Shown here: positions 9,295-17,627 of the stretch, piece by piece
Position numbering within the stretch: the first letter of the stretch is position 1
Layout: each line of letters begins with the position of its first letter
NCBI GenBank assembly: GCA_018052705.1
Contig: JAGPMW010000003.1
Span: 31,451 to 95,450 of the forward strand
Source: Selenomonas sp.
GTDB lineage: Bacteria; Bacillota; Negativicutes; Selenomonadales; Selenomonadaceae
Direction: 5' to 3'
DNA: 64,000 nucleotides
Translations under genes and position numbers: made by a program
The notes under the pieces: model-generated
What the model was told of the DNA's origin: nothing
Databases searched by the model: none
The model's input: the letters and a program-made list of their open reading frames with translations, nothing else

Positions 9295-10050
9295 ATGACT
9301 GATGAAGAACAGCGAAATTTTCGTTATGAGGAAATGCGCGATGCATTTGAAGAAATACTGGATCTGCATAAGCGGACCATTATCCTGGCCATGGAATTGC
9401 ACAAAGCAATGGAAGCAGATCAGGATCTGGTCGGTATCGAAAACAGTAAGGAGTTTCTGGAATTGCTGGCTAAGCAGCGTTCGTTGATTATCATGGGCAT
9501 GGTGCATAAGGTCAATGTGGTTCCCAATGAGATCGAAGGCCGTAAATTGATTCCTTTTCCATTGAAACCCACCTTGTCGAAAATGGACGAAGCATTGCAT
9601 CAGTACATTCCCGATGAAATCGAGCAGTTTGCCAAGTGCCATGCGGAGATTATGCGCATAGCCAATAAGGTTGGCTATTATTACTGGCCTCTGCCTAAAC
9701 AGTGCATCAATCATGTCAAACGCAGTCTGGTGTCTGTTTATGATTGTGCACAGTGCGAGGTGCTGGAGCAGGCAATGGATAACAGCAGCCTGGATAAAGA
9801 AATGTTCCGCCTGCGGCAGCAGGAGGTCTATGAGTTATATCGGAAATGGTCGGTTCAGTTTCGTATGCTGGAGGATTCTGCTGATGATACAGATCTGGCT
9901 GCGCTGCTTAAAAAGATGGATGCCGAGCAGGAGTGCATTCATCATGCAGCCGAAGAACACCAGCAGAAGCGGCAGGTTTCTGTCGAGCAGTGTTATGGCT
10001 GTCTGGTAATCCGGGAGTCATTTCGCAAGCTTGAAAAAAGGAAGAGATAG
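9295..10050 (+). CDS. Hypothetical acidic, helical, Cys-containing protein (about 251 aa)
   Basis: ORF 9247..10050. The preferred start is ATG 9295, preceded by AAGGGGG. The composition looks protein-like. CxxC-type pairs (CAQCEVL, CYGC) are present. I recognise no family. Confidence 0.55.
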   Translation: MTDEEQRNFRYEEMRDAFEEILDLHKRTIILAMELHKAMEADQDLVGIENSKEFLELLAKQRSLIIMGMVHKVNVVPNEIEGRKLIPFPLKPTLSKMDEALHQYIPDEIEQFAKCHAEIMRIANKVGYYYWPLPKQCINHVKRSLVSVYDCAQCEVLEQAMDNSSLDKEMFRLRQQEVYELYRKWSVQFRMLEDSADDTDLAALLKKMDAEQECIHHAAEEHQQKRQVSVEQCYGCLVIRESFRKLEKRKR

Positions 10051-10091
10051 CGTTATGCTGCCTGATCGGGGCAGCTGGTTTGGAGGAACGT

Positions 10092-10490
10092 ATGGAAAAT
10101 ATCTTGTTGGTGTTTACCGGCGGTGGTATCGGTTCTGTCTGCCGGTATTTGCTGACGACGCACATCGGTGCCCGTTTTGGTACCGTATTTCCCTGGGGGA
10201 CTTTGACGGTCAATACAATCGGCAGCTTTCTTATGGGGCTTATCATGGGGGTGCTGCTGCTGCTTACAGAGCGCGCAGAAATAAGCCTTGCTGAACCAGC
10301 AAGGCTGTTGTTGACGGTGGGTTTTTTAGGCGGATTTACCACGTTTTCGTCGCTTAGTCTCGAAACGCTGACCCTGATGCGCGGTGACAGCACGTTCTAT
10401 GTGTTCGCTAATATTGCCTCGAATCTGGTGCTGGGGCTTCTGGCCGCATGGCTCGGCCTTATGGCTGCCCGTTTACTGGTGGTGCGCTGA
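10092..10490 (+). CDS. crcB: Fluoride ion channel CrcB/FluC
   Basis: ORF 10080..10490, with start ATG 10092 (MENILLVFTGGGIGSVCRYLL). Four-TM small protein with CrcB blocks GTLTVNTIGSFLMG and GFLGGFTTFSS. Confidence 0.85.
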   Translation: MENILLVFTGGGIGSVCRYLLTTHIGARFGTVFPWGTLTVNTIGSFLMGLIMGVLLLLTERAEISLAEPARLLLTVGFLGGFTTFSSLSLETLTLMRGDSTFYVFANIASNLVLGLLAAWLGLMAARLLVVR

Positions 10491-10492
10491 GA

Positions 10493-11146
10493 TTACCAAT
10501 GGGGGTGAAAAATCAGTGTGCCAGCCTGGTTGACTGTGCTCAGGTGCTTTAGGAAGAAGCGGGCGATCCCCCCGGTAATCAAGGCAGAAATCAGCGTGCC
10601 TTCCCGGATTCCTTCGATTGCGCCCAGATAGCAGAATGATACGATTGCCGCCAGACAAACCAGCAGCACATCGTTGGCGGTCTTTACCTTGCCAAAATCG
10701 ATATGAAAATGCCGGGCAATCGCATAGACAATACCTTCGCCGGGCAGCATGAGCACGTTGGCAATGCCCTGAACGGCGACACCGAAGGAAATGAGCGTCG
10801 TGCCAATAAGGAGCGGCAGCAGCTGCAGCAGGTAGTTCGTCGGGATCACCCAGCTCCACAGATCCGTGAAAATATCGATGGAATAAGCGAAGACCATGGT
10901 GAAGGGGACCTGCAGCAGCTGGATCTGATCGAAGTCACGGCGCAGCAGCAGAATCTGTCCTACTACCAGCAGCATATTCACGGCGAAAGTCATCTCGCCT
11001 AATGTGTAAGGAAAAGTGAGGCTCAGAACATAAGGCAGGCTTGAGATCGGCGAGGTGCCGAGCAGGCTCTTGACGACGAGGGCGATACCCGATGACTGCA
11101 CGATAACGGCGAAGATGAAAAGCATATAGCGACGCGTGATGGACAT
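10493..11146 (-). CDS. YczE/YyaS/YitT-N-like membrane protein (DUF6198-type)
   Basis: ORF 10493..11146. Polytopic, with N-terminal QSSGIALVVKSLLGTSPISSLPYVLS typical of this family. Confidence 0.6.
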   Translation of the reverse strand: MSITRRYMLFIFAVIVQSSGIALVVKSLLGTSPISSLPYVLSLTFPYTLGEMTFAVNMLLVVGQILLLRRDFDQIQLLQVPFTMVFAYSIDIFTDLWSWVIPTNYLLQLLPLLIGTTLISFGVAVQGIANVLMLPGEGIVYAIARHFHIDFGKVKTANDVLLVCLAAIVSFCYLGAIEGIREGTLISALITGGIARFFLKHLSTVNQAGTLIFHPHW

Positions 11147-11209
11147 AGAAAAAAGACTCCTTTACAATAAACAATCGTATTCCTACAGTATAGCATAGGA
11201 GTGACATGC

Positions 11210-12016
11210 ATGACAAAAATCGTATTTTCTGATATCGATGGGACCTTCCTGACACCGGCGAGCAAGGTCACGAAGCGCACTGGGCAGGCAGTCCGTGATC
11301 TGCTGGCCCGGGAGATTCCCTTTGTGCTGGTATCGGCCCGGATGCCGGAGGCTATTTACCCGATCACGGACGGACTGGGCATCAGGATTCCCATCATCAG
11401 TTACAGCGGCGGACTGGTGCTGACCCGCGAGGGCGTGACACTGGCCAGTACGGTCATGGATGAGGCGGATACCCGCCGGCTTTTGCAGACGATTGCCGTG
11501 CGCTTTCCACAGGTCACGGTAAACTACTATGCGGGCCGCCACTGGTATGTGCGGGATCGGCATGATCCGCGGGTGCAGACCGAGATCGATATCACGACGG
11601 CCCAGCCGACCGAGCAGGATTTTGCTGAGCGGCTGCGGGCCGGCGAACTGCCGAATAAGATCCTCCTCATGGCGGACCCGGCAGACTGTGAGCAGGCAGA
11701 GCAGGAGCTGGCAGCAGCGTTTCCCATGTTTCATGTGGTGCGCTCCGCTCCGTTCCTGCTCGAGATCATGGATCAGTCGGTATCGAAAGCCAGCGGGATC
11801 GAGGTCATGCTGGCGCATTTTGGCCTGACGGCAGCGGAGGCTTTGTCGTTTGGCGACAACTATAACGATCTGGAAATGCTCCGCTATACGGGGCGGAGTG
11901 TGGCCATGGGCAATGCCCCTGATCCGGTGAAAGCAGCGGCAACAGAGGTGACGGCGCCGAATACGGAGGATGGACTCTACCAGTATCTGGTGAAGGCCGG
12001 GCTGATCGAAGCGTAA
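11210..12016 (+). CDS. Cof-type HAD-IIB family hydrolase/phosphatase
   Basis: ORF 11201..12016, start ATG 11210. HAD motif I FSDIDGTFL and C-terminal motif FGDNYNDLEML...AMGNA. Confidence 0.85.
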   Translation: MTKIVFSDIDGTFLTPASKVTKRTGQAVRDLLAREIPFVLVSARMPEAIYPITDGLGIRIPIISYSGGLVLTREGVTLASTVMDEADTRRLLQTIAVRFPQVTVNYYAGRHWYVRDRHDPRVQTEIDITTAQPTEQDFAERLRAGELPNKILLMADPADCEQAEQELAAAFPMFHVVRSAPFLLEIMDQSVSKASGIEVMLAHFGLTAAEALSFGDNYNDLEMLRYTGRSVAMGNAPDPVKAAATEVTAPNTEDGLYQYLVKAGLIEA

Positions 12017-12043
12017 TAGAGGTGTATTGAGGAGGAAAGCAGT

Positions 12044-13069
12044 ATGAGACAAGTAACACTCGGCAGTACGGGCATTACCGTGCCACAGAATGGTTTTGGG
12101 GCCCTCCCCATCCAGCGCGTGACGAAGGATGAGGCGGTGCAGCTGTTGCAGCATGCCTATGCGGGTGGCATCCATTATTTTGATACGGCCCGCGCCTACA
12201 GCGACAGTGAGGAAAAGCTGGGCGCAGCATTCCATTCCTTGTGGGATAAGGTATTCCTGGCAACCAAGACGCATGCGAAGACGCCGGCCGAGTTCTGGCA
12301 GCATCTGGAAACCTCCCTGCGCCTGCTGCAGACGGACTGCATTGATGTGTATCAGTTCCATTGCGTTGAGCAGTGCTGGCGTCCAGGGGATGGATCGGGC
12401 ATGTATGAGGCGATGCTCGAGGCCAGACAGCAGGGCAAGATCCGGCATATCGGTGCGACTGCGCACAAGATCGAAGTCGCGTTTGAATGCGTGGAGTCGG
12501 GGCTCTATGAGACCATGCAATTCCCGTTCAGCTATCTGGCCTCGCCTCGGGAGATTGAGCTGGTGAATCTCTGCCGTGAGAAGAATGTCGGCTTCATTGC
12601 CATGAAGGGGCTGGCCGGCGGGCTGATCAACCGTTCCGAGGCAGCGATGGCCTATATTGCCCACTATGACAATGTGCTGCCCATCTGGGGCATCCAGCGT
12701 GAGCAGGAACTCGCGGAGTGGATCGGTTATATGACTGATACGCCGGCGATGACGGATGAGATTGCTGCGTATATTGCCAAAGAGCAGCAGGCGCTCAGCG
12801 GTGAGTTCTGCCGTGGCTGCGGTTACTGCATGCCGTGTCCGGCTGGTATCGAGATCAATCAGTGTGCCCGCATGTCACTCATGCTGCGCCGTGCACCGTC
12901 CGAAGCCTGGCTGACGCCGGCGATGCAGGCCGAGATGAAGAAGATCGAAGACTGCCTGAACTGCCGCCAGTGTACGCGGAAATGTCCGTATGAGCTCGAT
13001 ACGCCTGAGCTGCTGCGGAAGAACTACGAAGATTATAAGAAGGTCCTGACTGGTGAGACTAAGGTCTGA
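12044..13069 (+). CDS. Aldo/keto reductase with C-terminal 4Fe-4S cluster motif
   Basis: ORF 12044..13069. AKR N-terminal blocks (LGSTGITVPQNGFGALPIQR, FDTARAYSDSE) and a C-terminal Cys cluster CRGCGYCMPCP...CLNCRQCTRKCP. Confidence 0.8.
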   Translation: MRQVTLGSTGITVPQNGFGALPIQRVTKDEAVQLLQHAYAGGIHYFDTARAYSDSEEKLGAAFHSLWDKVFLATKTHAKTPAEFWQHLETSLRLLQTDCIDVYQFHCVEQCWRPGDGSGMYEAMLEARQQGKIRHIGATAHKIEVAFECVESGLYETMQFPFSYLASPREIELVNLCREKNVGFIAMKGLAGGLINRSEAAMAYIAHYDNVLPIWGIQREQELAEWIGYMTDTPAMTDEIAAYIAKEQQALSGEFCRGCGYCMPCPAGIEINQCARMSLMLRRAPSEAWLTPAMQAEMKKIEDCLNCRQCTRKCPYELDTPELLRKNYEDYKKVLTGETKV

Positions 13070-13143
13070 GTTGCGCGGTTTTTAGGGTGATCGGATAAAG
13101 CTATTCATGTTGACGGAAGTATTTATAGGAAGAAGGCGAGCCG

Positions 13144-13386
13144 ATGGAAAGAGCACTGCCAAAAGTCGGCGAGGTATGGCAGCATTTCAAGCAGAAGGAA
13201 TATAAAATCATCGCTTGTCCCGTGACGCATACGGAGACGCGGGAGCAGATGATTTGCTATCAGGCCCTTTACGGGGATTATGGCTATTTTGTACGGCCAC
13301 TGGCTATGTTCATGGAACCAACGGACAAGGTCAAGTATCCAGAGGCTCAGCAGGCGTTCCGCTTCATGAAGAAAAAGAGCGTCTGA
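13144..13386 (+). CDS. DUF1653 domain protein
   Basis: ORF 13144..13386. Contains GEVWQHFKQKEYKIIACPVTHTETREQMICYQALYGDYGYFVRPLAMF, which matches the DUF1653 pattern as I remember it. Confidence 0.65.
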   Translation: MERALPKVGEVWQHFKQKEYKIIACPVTHTETREQMICYQALYGDYGYFVRPLAMFMEPTDKVKYPEAQQAFRFMKKKSV

Positions 13387-13479
13387 TTCAGTGGGCGGAA
13401 ATCCTTCCGTAGATTGAAAATCATACTTACGGGAAGTATGATAAAATGAATATAGATTAATCAGAGGAGGATCTATTTT

Positions 13480-14358
13480 ATGCTTTATACGTTGGAAAAT
13501 GACAAGCTTTGTGTGCTGGTGCGCAGCCATGGAGCAGAACTCCGGTCCATCAAAGAACGCGCTGATGAGACCGAATATCTTTGGGATGGCAATCCGTCCT
13601 GGTGGAAATACAGTTCACCGGTCCTGTTCCCCATTGTTGGCAAGCTGCTCAATGGCAAATACCGTGTGGGCGGGCAGGAATATGAGCTGCCTGGTCATGG
13701 TCTCGGCCGTATCTCGGACTTTGAGCTGGTTGAGCGTCAGGCGGATCGTATCAGGTTCAGCCTCAAATGGACTCAGGAATCGCTCAAGAAATATCCCTGG
13801 AAATTCCAGCTGGATATCGAATATGTCCTGCACGACAATCAGATTGAGGTCATCTGGACCGTACAGAATCTCGATGACAAGGAAATGATCTACTCAATCG
13901 GTTCACATGGTGCATTCCGCTGCCCCATCGTGCCAGGAGAGAAGTTCGAGGACTGCTATCTGGCCTTCAGTGAGGACGAGGATGCGGGCAATATGCAGCT
14001 GGACGCCAAAGGCCAGTTCCAGCACGGCTATGGCACGGCGAAACTCAGCGGCAGGAAACTGGCCCTGAACTATGAGATGTTCCGGAATGATGCGCTGGCG
14101 TATGATAAGCAGAAATCTGATACCGTGTCGATCTGTTCAACGAAAAGCGACAAGAAACTCACTGTGACGGCCAGGGACTTCCCTTACTGGGGGTTCTGGA
14201 CTCCGGATCAGGGCGGTGCGCCGTTCTTATGCATCGAGCCGTGGCATGGACATGCCGATTTTGTCGATTTCACAGGTGAATTCAAAGATCGTGAAGGCAG
14301 CGAATCTCTGTTGCCGGGGAATAAACAGACCTTCCGCTATACCATCCAGATTGGTTGA
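13480..14358 (+). CDS. Aldose 1-epimerase (galactose mutarotase-like, LacX-type) family protein
   Basis: ORF 13480..14358. Mutarotase-like blocks PVLFPIVGKL, GHGLGR and CIEPWHG. Confidence 0.75.
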   Translation: MLYTLENDKLCVLVRSHGAELRSIKERADETEYLWDGNPSWWKYSSPVLFPIVGKLLNGKYRVGGQEYELPGHGLGRISDFELVERQADRIRFSLKWTQESLKKYPWKFQLDIEYVLHDNQIEVIWTVQNLDDKEMIYSIGSHGAFRCPIVPGEKFEDCYLAFSEDEDAGNMQLDAKGQFQHGYGTAKLSGRKLALNYEMFRNDALAYDKQKSDTVSICSTKSDKKLTVTARDFPYWGFWTPDQGGAPFLCIEPWHGHADFVDFTGEFKDREGSESLLPGNKQTFRYTIQIG

Positions 14359-14379
14359 CTCCTGAAGCCTGAAACAAAT

Positions 14380-14429
14380 AAAAGCGATGCTCCGTTATGC
14401 AGGCAGCTGCGTAAGGGAGCATCGCTTTT
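14380..14429. terminator. Terminator hairpin after the epimerase gene
   Basis: 14-bp stem aaaagcgatgctcc / ggagcatcgctttt. Confidence 0.7.
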
Positions 14430-14433
14430 ATCA

Positions 14434-14464
14434 TCAAAAAAACGGCCTGCAGCTGCAGACCGTC
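14434..14464 (-). terminator. Intrinsic terminator of tRNA-Arg
   Basis: The minus strand reads acggtctgcag/ctgcaggccgt followed by a T8 run directly downstream of the tRNA 3' end. Confidence 0.75.
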
Positions 14465-14475
14465 TACATTCAATA

Positions 14476-14550
14476 TGGTGCGCTCGGGCAGAGTCGAACT
14501 GCCGCTTTCAGCTCCGGAGGCTAACGTCCTATCCACTGGACTACGAGCGC
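14476..14550 (-). tRNA. tRNA-Arg (anticodon CCG), CCA encoded
   Basis: The minus strand reads GCGCTCG-TA-GTCC-AGTGGATA-GGAC-G-TTAGC-CTCCGGA-GCTGA-AAGCG-GCAG-TTCGACT-CTGC-CCGAGCGC-A-CCA. This gives a cloverleaf with a 7-bp acceptor stem, a TTCGA T-loop and the anticodon loop CU-CCG-GA. Confidence 0.9.
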
Positions 14551-14558
14551 ATACAAAT

Positions 14559-14587
14559 ATATTAGCACAACCTGTCAGACAATGCAA
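14559..14587 (-). promoter_or_regulatory. Sigma-A promoter of tRNA-Arg
   Basis: Minus strand TTGCAT, 17 nt spacer, TAATAT, with the tRNA 5' end 8 nt downstream. Confidence 0.6.
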
Positions 14588-14768
14588 GGTCTATTTCGTT
14601 ATTCTATGCAGCAGGATCTGAATTCACCTCGTTTTTGCAAAAGAAGGCAAAGAATTTTGTGGGGGCATGAGTAAAAAAAGTTTTCAATGAATTCTAAATT
14701 TTAATAACTTTATATGGTAAAATCAACCAAATAAAGTTATAATGAAGAGTAAGATGGGAGGGATTCTG

Positions 14769-14999
14769 ATGGAGCTGAAAAACTACATGGAAGATGTCGT
14801 GTTGAATAAACTGGACACGGTCCTGGCAAGTTTTCCGGGGTATTGTACTTGTGAGAAATGCAGACGTGATGTGGTGATGCTGGCCTTGAACCATCTGCCA
14901 CCGAAATATATATCTTCGTATAAAGGTGATGTGTATGCCCGGCTGGATGGGATGGAAGTCCAATATGAGGTAGAAGTCATTCGGCTTTATTTTTTGTGA
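14769..14999 (+). CDS. ComFB-family (late competence protein ComFB-like) small protein
   Basis: ORF 14742..14999, start ATG 14769 after GGGAGGG. Carries the ComFB signature CTCEKCRRDVVMLALNHLPPKY. The 3' end overlaps the convergent aminotransferase gene by 13 nt. Confidence 0.7.
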   Translation: MELKNYMEDVVLNKLDTVLASFPGYCTCEKCRRDVVMLALNHLPPKYISSYKGDVYARLDGMEVQYEVEVIRLYFL

Positions 15000-16174
15000 T
15001 TTTTGAGGAAGTTCTCGATGCGGTTGAGTGCCTCCGATATTTTGTCGATGGATGTGGCGTAAGAGCAGCGGACGTGTCCCTCGCCACACTGGCCGAAGGC
15101 GCTGCCCGGGACCAGCGCGACATGTTCAGCCTTCAGCAGTTCTTCCGCGAAGTCGTTGGAATTGTAACCGGTGGAGACGATGCTCGGGAAGATGTAGAAG
15201 GCGCCTTTGGGCTCGAAGCATTCAAGGCCGAGCTTGATGAAGCCATCATAGATCAGCCGGCGGCGGCGGTCATACTCGGCGACCATCTTCTTCATGTACT
15301 TTTCTCCATGGCGCAGGGCCTCGACGGCTCCAATCTGGGCCGTGATCGGGGCGCAGAGCATGGTGTACTGATGGATCTTGGTCATAGCGGCAATGATGGC
15401 CGGGTTGCCTAGTGCATAGCCGATGCGCCAGCCGGTCATGGCATAGGCCTTGGAAAAACCGTTGAGCAGGATGGTACGTTCCTGCATCCGTGGCAGTGAG
15501 GAGAAGCAGGTATGCTCTTCATCCCCGTAGGTCAGGTCCCCGTAGATCTCATCCGAGATGACGATGAGATCATGCTTTTCGGCAAAATCGGCAATGGCGA
15601 GCAGATCTTTGCGCGTCATGATGGCACCGGTCGGGTTGTTGGGATAGCCGATGAGCAGCACCTTTGTCTTAGCTGTGACATAGGCTTCCAGTTCGACCGG
15701 GGTAATGCGGAACTCGTTTTCGATGGTGGCGGGAACGGATACTGGCACGCCGCCAGCCAGTATCGTGCAGGCCTGATAGGAGACATAGCATGGCTCCGGG
15801 ATCAGCACTTCGTCGCCGGGCGCGAGGATGGCCCGCATCGCGAGGTCCAGGGCTTCGCTGACGCCGACGGTGACCAGAACATCGGTCTTGGGATCATAGT
15901 CGGTCTGGAACTTGTTATGGAAATGATTGACAATCTCCTGCCGGAGTTCGAGCAGGCCGCGGTTGGCTGTATAGGAGGTGTAGCCCTGCTCGAGTCCGTA
16001 GACGCAGCTTTCGCGGATCGACCATGGCGTGACGAAATCCGGCTCGCCGACACCCAGGGAGATCACGTCTTTCATCTGGGCGGCGATATCGAAGAATTTG
16101 CGTATGCCTGAAGGGGCGATGGCACTGACTCCGGGCGAGAGCCGCTGCTCCCAGTCATTATGTGTTGTATTCAT
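14987..16174 (-). CDS. alaT: Class I/II PLP-dependent aminotransferase, AlaT/YugH-like (probable alanine aminotransferase)
   Basis: ORF 14987..16174. Contains SGIRKFFD, LGVGEPDF, NPTG and the PLP-lysine motif FSKAYAMTGWRIG. It is paired with an upstream overlapping Lrp-family gene as in the B. subtilis alaR-alaT operon, and the leader T-box has an Ala specifier. The symbol is assigned from synteny plus the leader, not from a search. Confidence 0.65.
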   Translation of the reverse strand: MNTTHNDWEQRLSPGVSAIAPSGIRKFFDIAAQMKDVISLGVGEPDFVTPWSIRESCVYGLEQGYTSYTANRGLLELRQEIVNHFHNKFQTDYDPKTDVLVTVGVSEALDLAMRAILAPGDEVLIPEPCYVSYQACTILAGGVPVSVPATIENEFRITPVELEAYVTAKTKVLLIGYPNNPTGAIMTRKDLLAIADFAEKHDLIVISDEIYGDLTYGDEEHTCFSSLPRMQERTILLNGFSKAYAMTGWRIGYALGNPAIIAAMTKIHQYTMLCAPITAQIGAVEALRHGEKYMKKMVAEYDRRRRLIYDGFIKLGLECFEPKGAFYIFPSIVSTGYNSNDFAEELLKAEHVALVPGSAFGQCGEGHVRCSYATSIDKISEALNRIENFLKNHKK

Positions 16175-16653
16175 CAGGGGGACACCACCAGTCTGCGGTC
16201 ACATTCTTCGTCGTTGATGACGATGCCGTCTTTCTTATAGGGTTTGAGCATGAAATGGCTGCGGGTCGCGGTGACGCCTTCAATTGTGGACAGGCGGGTG
16301 GCGACGAAGTTCGCGACATCCTTGAGTGATTTTCCCTCGATAATGACCATGAGATCGAAGCTGCCGCTCATGAGGTATACCGTGCGGACTTCGTCGAAGC
16401 GGTAGATGCGTTCGGCGATGGCATCGAACCCTACCTCACGCTGCGGGGTCAGATTGATCTCAATGACTGCCGTGACGGTGTCGTCACCAAATTTTTCCCA
16501 GTTGATCAACGTGTTATAGGAAAGGATAATCTTGTTTTTCTCCAGCTCCTTGATGTCTTTCTCGACTTCATACTCGCTGCGATGGAGCATGGATGCCAGC
16601 TCACCGACTGGCCGGCGGGCATCATGTTCGAGCAGTTCTAAAAGTTCACGCAT
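16174..16653 (-). CDS. alaR: Lrp/AsnC family transcriptional regulator (AlaR/YugG-like)
   Basis: ORF 16174..16653. N-terminal HTH region (LLELLEHDARRPVGELASML) and an AsnC-type ligand domain. The stop overlaps the aminotransferase start. Confidence 0.65.
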   Translation of the reverse strand: MRELLELLEHDARRPVGELASMLHRSEYEVEKDIKELEKNKIILSYNTLINWEKFGDDTVTAVIEINLTPQREVGFDAIAERIYRFDEVRTVYLMSGSFDLMVIIEGKSLKDVANFVATRLSTIEGVTATRSHFMLKPYKKDGIVINDEECDRRLVVSP

Positions 16654-16681
16654 GGATATTCCTCCTTATATTGTTGCATAT

Positions 16682-16895
16682 AAAAAGCCCCCGTCCGGAA
16701 AAGGACGAGGGCAAATTCCCGTGGTACCACCTTAATTGGATCGCAAAGATCCGCTCAAAGCCTTAACGCGGCTGACGGTCAGGCTTTCGGTCTGACAGCT
16801 CGTGAGCAGCTTTCCCTGTGTTCATCCGACGGTTTACACCAGCCACCGCCTCTCTGCGGGATATCTGACAGGTACTCGTTCAGTCATTGCTTTTT
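16682..16895 (-). promoter_or_regulatory. T-box riboswitch leader (probable Ala specifier GCU) of the alaR-alaT-like operon
   Basis: On the minus strand: K-turn-like ATGAC, AGTA, AG-bulge AGAGAG and distal GGTG. The specifier-loop 3' side is GGAAA-GCT-G (plus strand 16808-16810). The T-box sequence is AAGGTGGTACCACGGG (plus 16718-16733). The terminator is gccctcgtcc/ggacgggggc + T5 (plus 16682-16712). Confidence 0.85.
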
Positions 16896-16908
16896 TCGAT
16901 ATGAGACA

Positions 16909-16938
16909 ATCATACCACAACGATAGCGAGTATGGCAA
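16909..16938 (-). promoter_or_regulatory. Sigma-A promoter of the T-box/alaRT transcript
   Basis: Minus strand TTGCCA, 18 nt spacer, TGgTATGAT (extended -10). Confidence 0.65.
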
Positions 16939-17148
16939 GCATTAAATTACATACTGTCCGTTCCTGGTGAACACTTGCTGAAATGCGGTCAGACACGTGT
17001 CCTGTTGTGGAAATTTGCCGCTTTTTCATAAAGATTTGGCTGTATCCTTGCATTACGTACTTGTTTTAGGTAAAATAATGATATAATAGCTCGGATATGA
17101 GTGGCAGCGCAAAAGATTTCAGATATAAATCGGGAAGAGGGGGATGGC

Positions 17149-17622
17149 ATGTTCATTGGCAGCATCGATGTGCTGGAGGATAGTCTGGTTGATTATCCAG
17201 AGCTGATCCGCAAGGCTCTTTGTTATCTGCGGGATCATGATTTCACGCAGATCGAGGATGGGAGTTACCCCATCGAGGGCGATAAGTGTGTGGCTAAGGT
17301 GCAGCGCTATACGACGCGGCCGCATTTTGACTGCCGTCCGGAAACGCATGAGAAGTATGTTGATATTCAGTATGTGGTAGAGGGCGAAGAGTATCTGGGC
17401 TGGTGCCCGTTAAGCCCGGACCTGCAGATTACTGAGGCTTATGATGCAGAAAAGGATATAACGTTTTATGCGTCGCTGGTTCCGGACAGCAGTATTGTGC
17501 TGTCTCCGGGGCGTTTTGCTGTGCTTTATCCGGAGGATGTCCATCGTCCGCAGGGCGCAGTAGATGACTTGCCGGCTCCGGTGACGAAAGTTGTCGTCAA
17601 AGTGGCGGTAGATAGTTTGTGA
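17149..17622 (+). CDS. YhcH/YjgK/YiaL family (DUF386) protein
   Basis: ORF 17101..17622, start ATG 17149 after GAGGGGG. Family-like blocks ETHEKYVDIQYVVEGEE and FAVLYPEDVHRP. Confidence 0.7.
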   Translation: MFIGSIDVLEDSLVDYPELIRKALCYLRDHDFTQIEDGSYPIEGDKCVAKVQRYTTRPHFDCRPETHEKYVDIQYVVEGEEYLGWCPLSPDLQITEAYDAEKDITFYASLVPDSSIVLSPGRFAVLYPEDVHRPQGAVDDLPAPVTKVVVKVAVDSL

Positions 17623-17627
17623 TGAAG

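Noticed and set aside
9222-10091. Fluoride riboswitch upstream of crcB or of the preceding hypothetical gene
   Set aside because: Neither interval contains the conserved crcB-motif core. The 41-nt gap before crcB is too short.
11183-12664. 493-aa minus-strand ORF spanning the HAD hydrolase and aldo/keto reductase genes
   Set aside because: It is an antisense shadow ORF. It is Arg/His/Leu/Pro-rich and low in complexity, and it lies opposite two well-supported plus-strand genes.
16817-16823. Reading GAA-CAC-A (His), or AGC (Ser), as the specifier of the alaRT T-box
   Set aside because: The CCTG...CAGG helix places GAACA inside the upper stem region. The codon-purine-lower-stem geometry calibrated on the glyQS and valS leaders gives GCU. 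The UGGU bulge matches an A73 discriminator (Ala), not C73 (His) or G73 (Ser).
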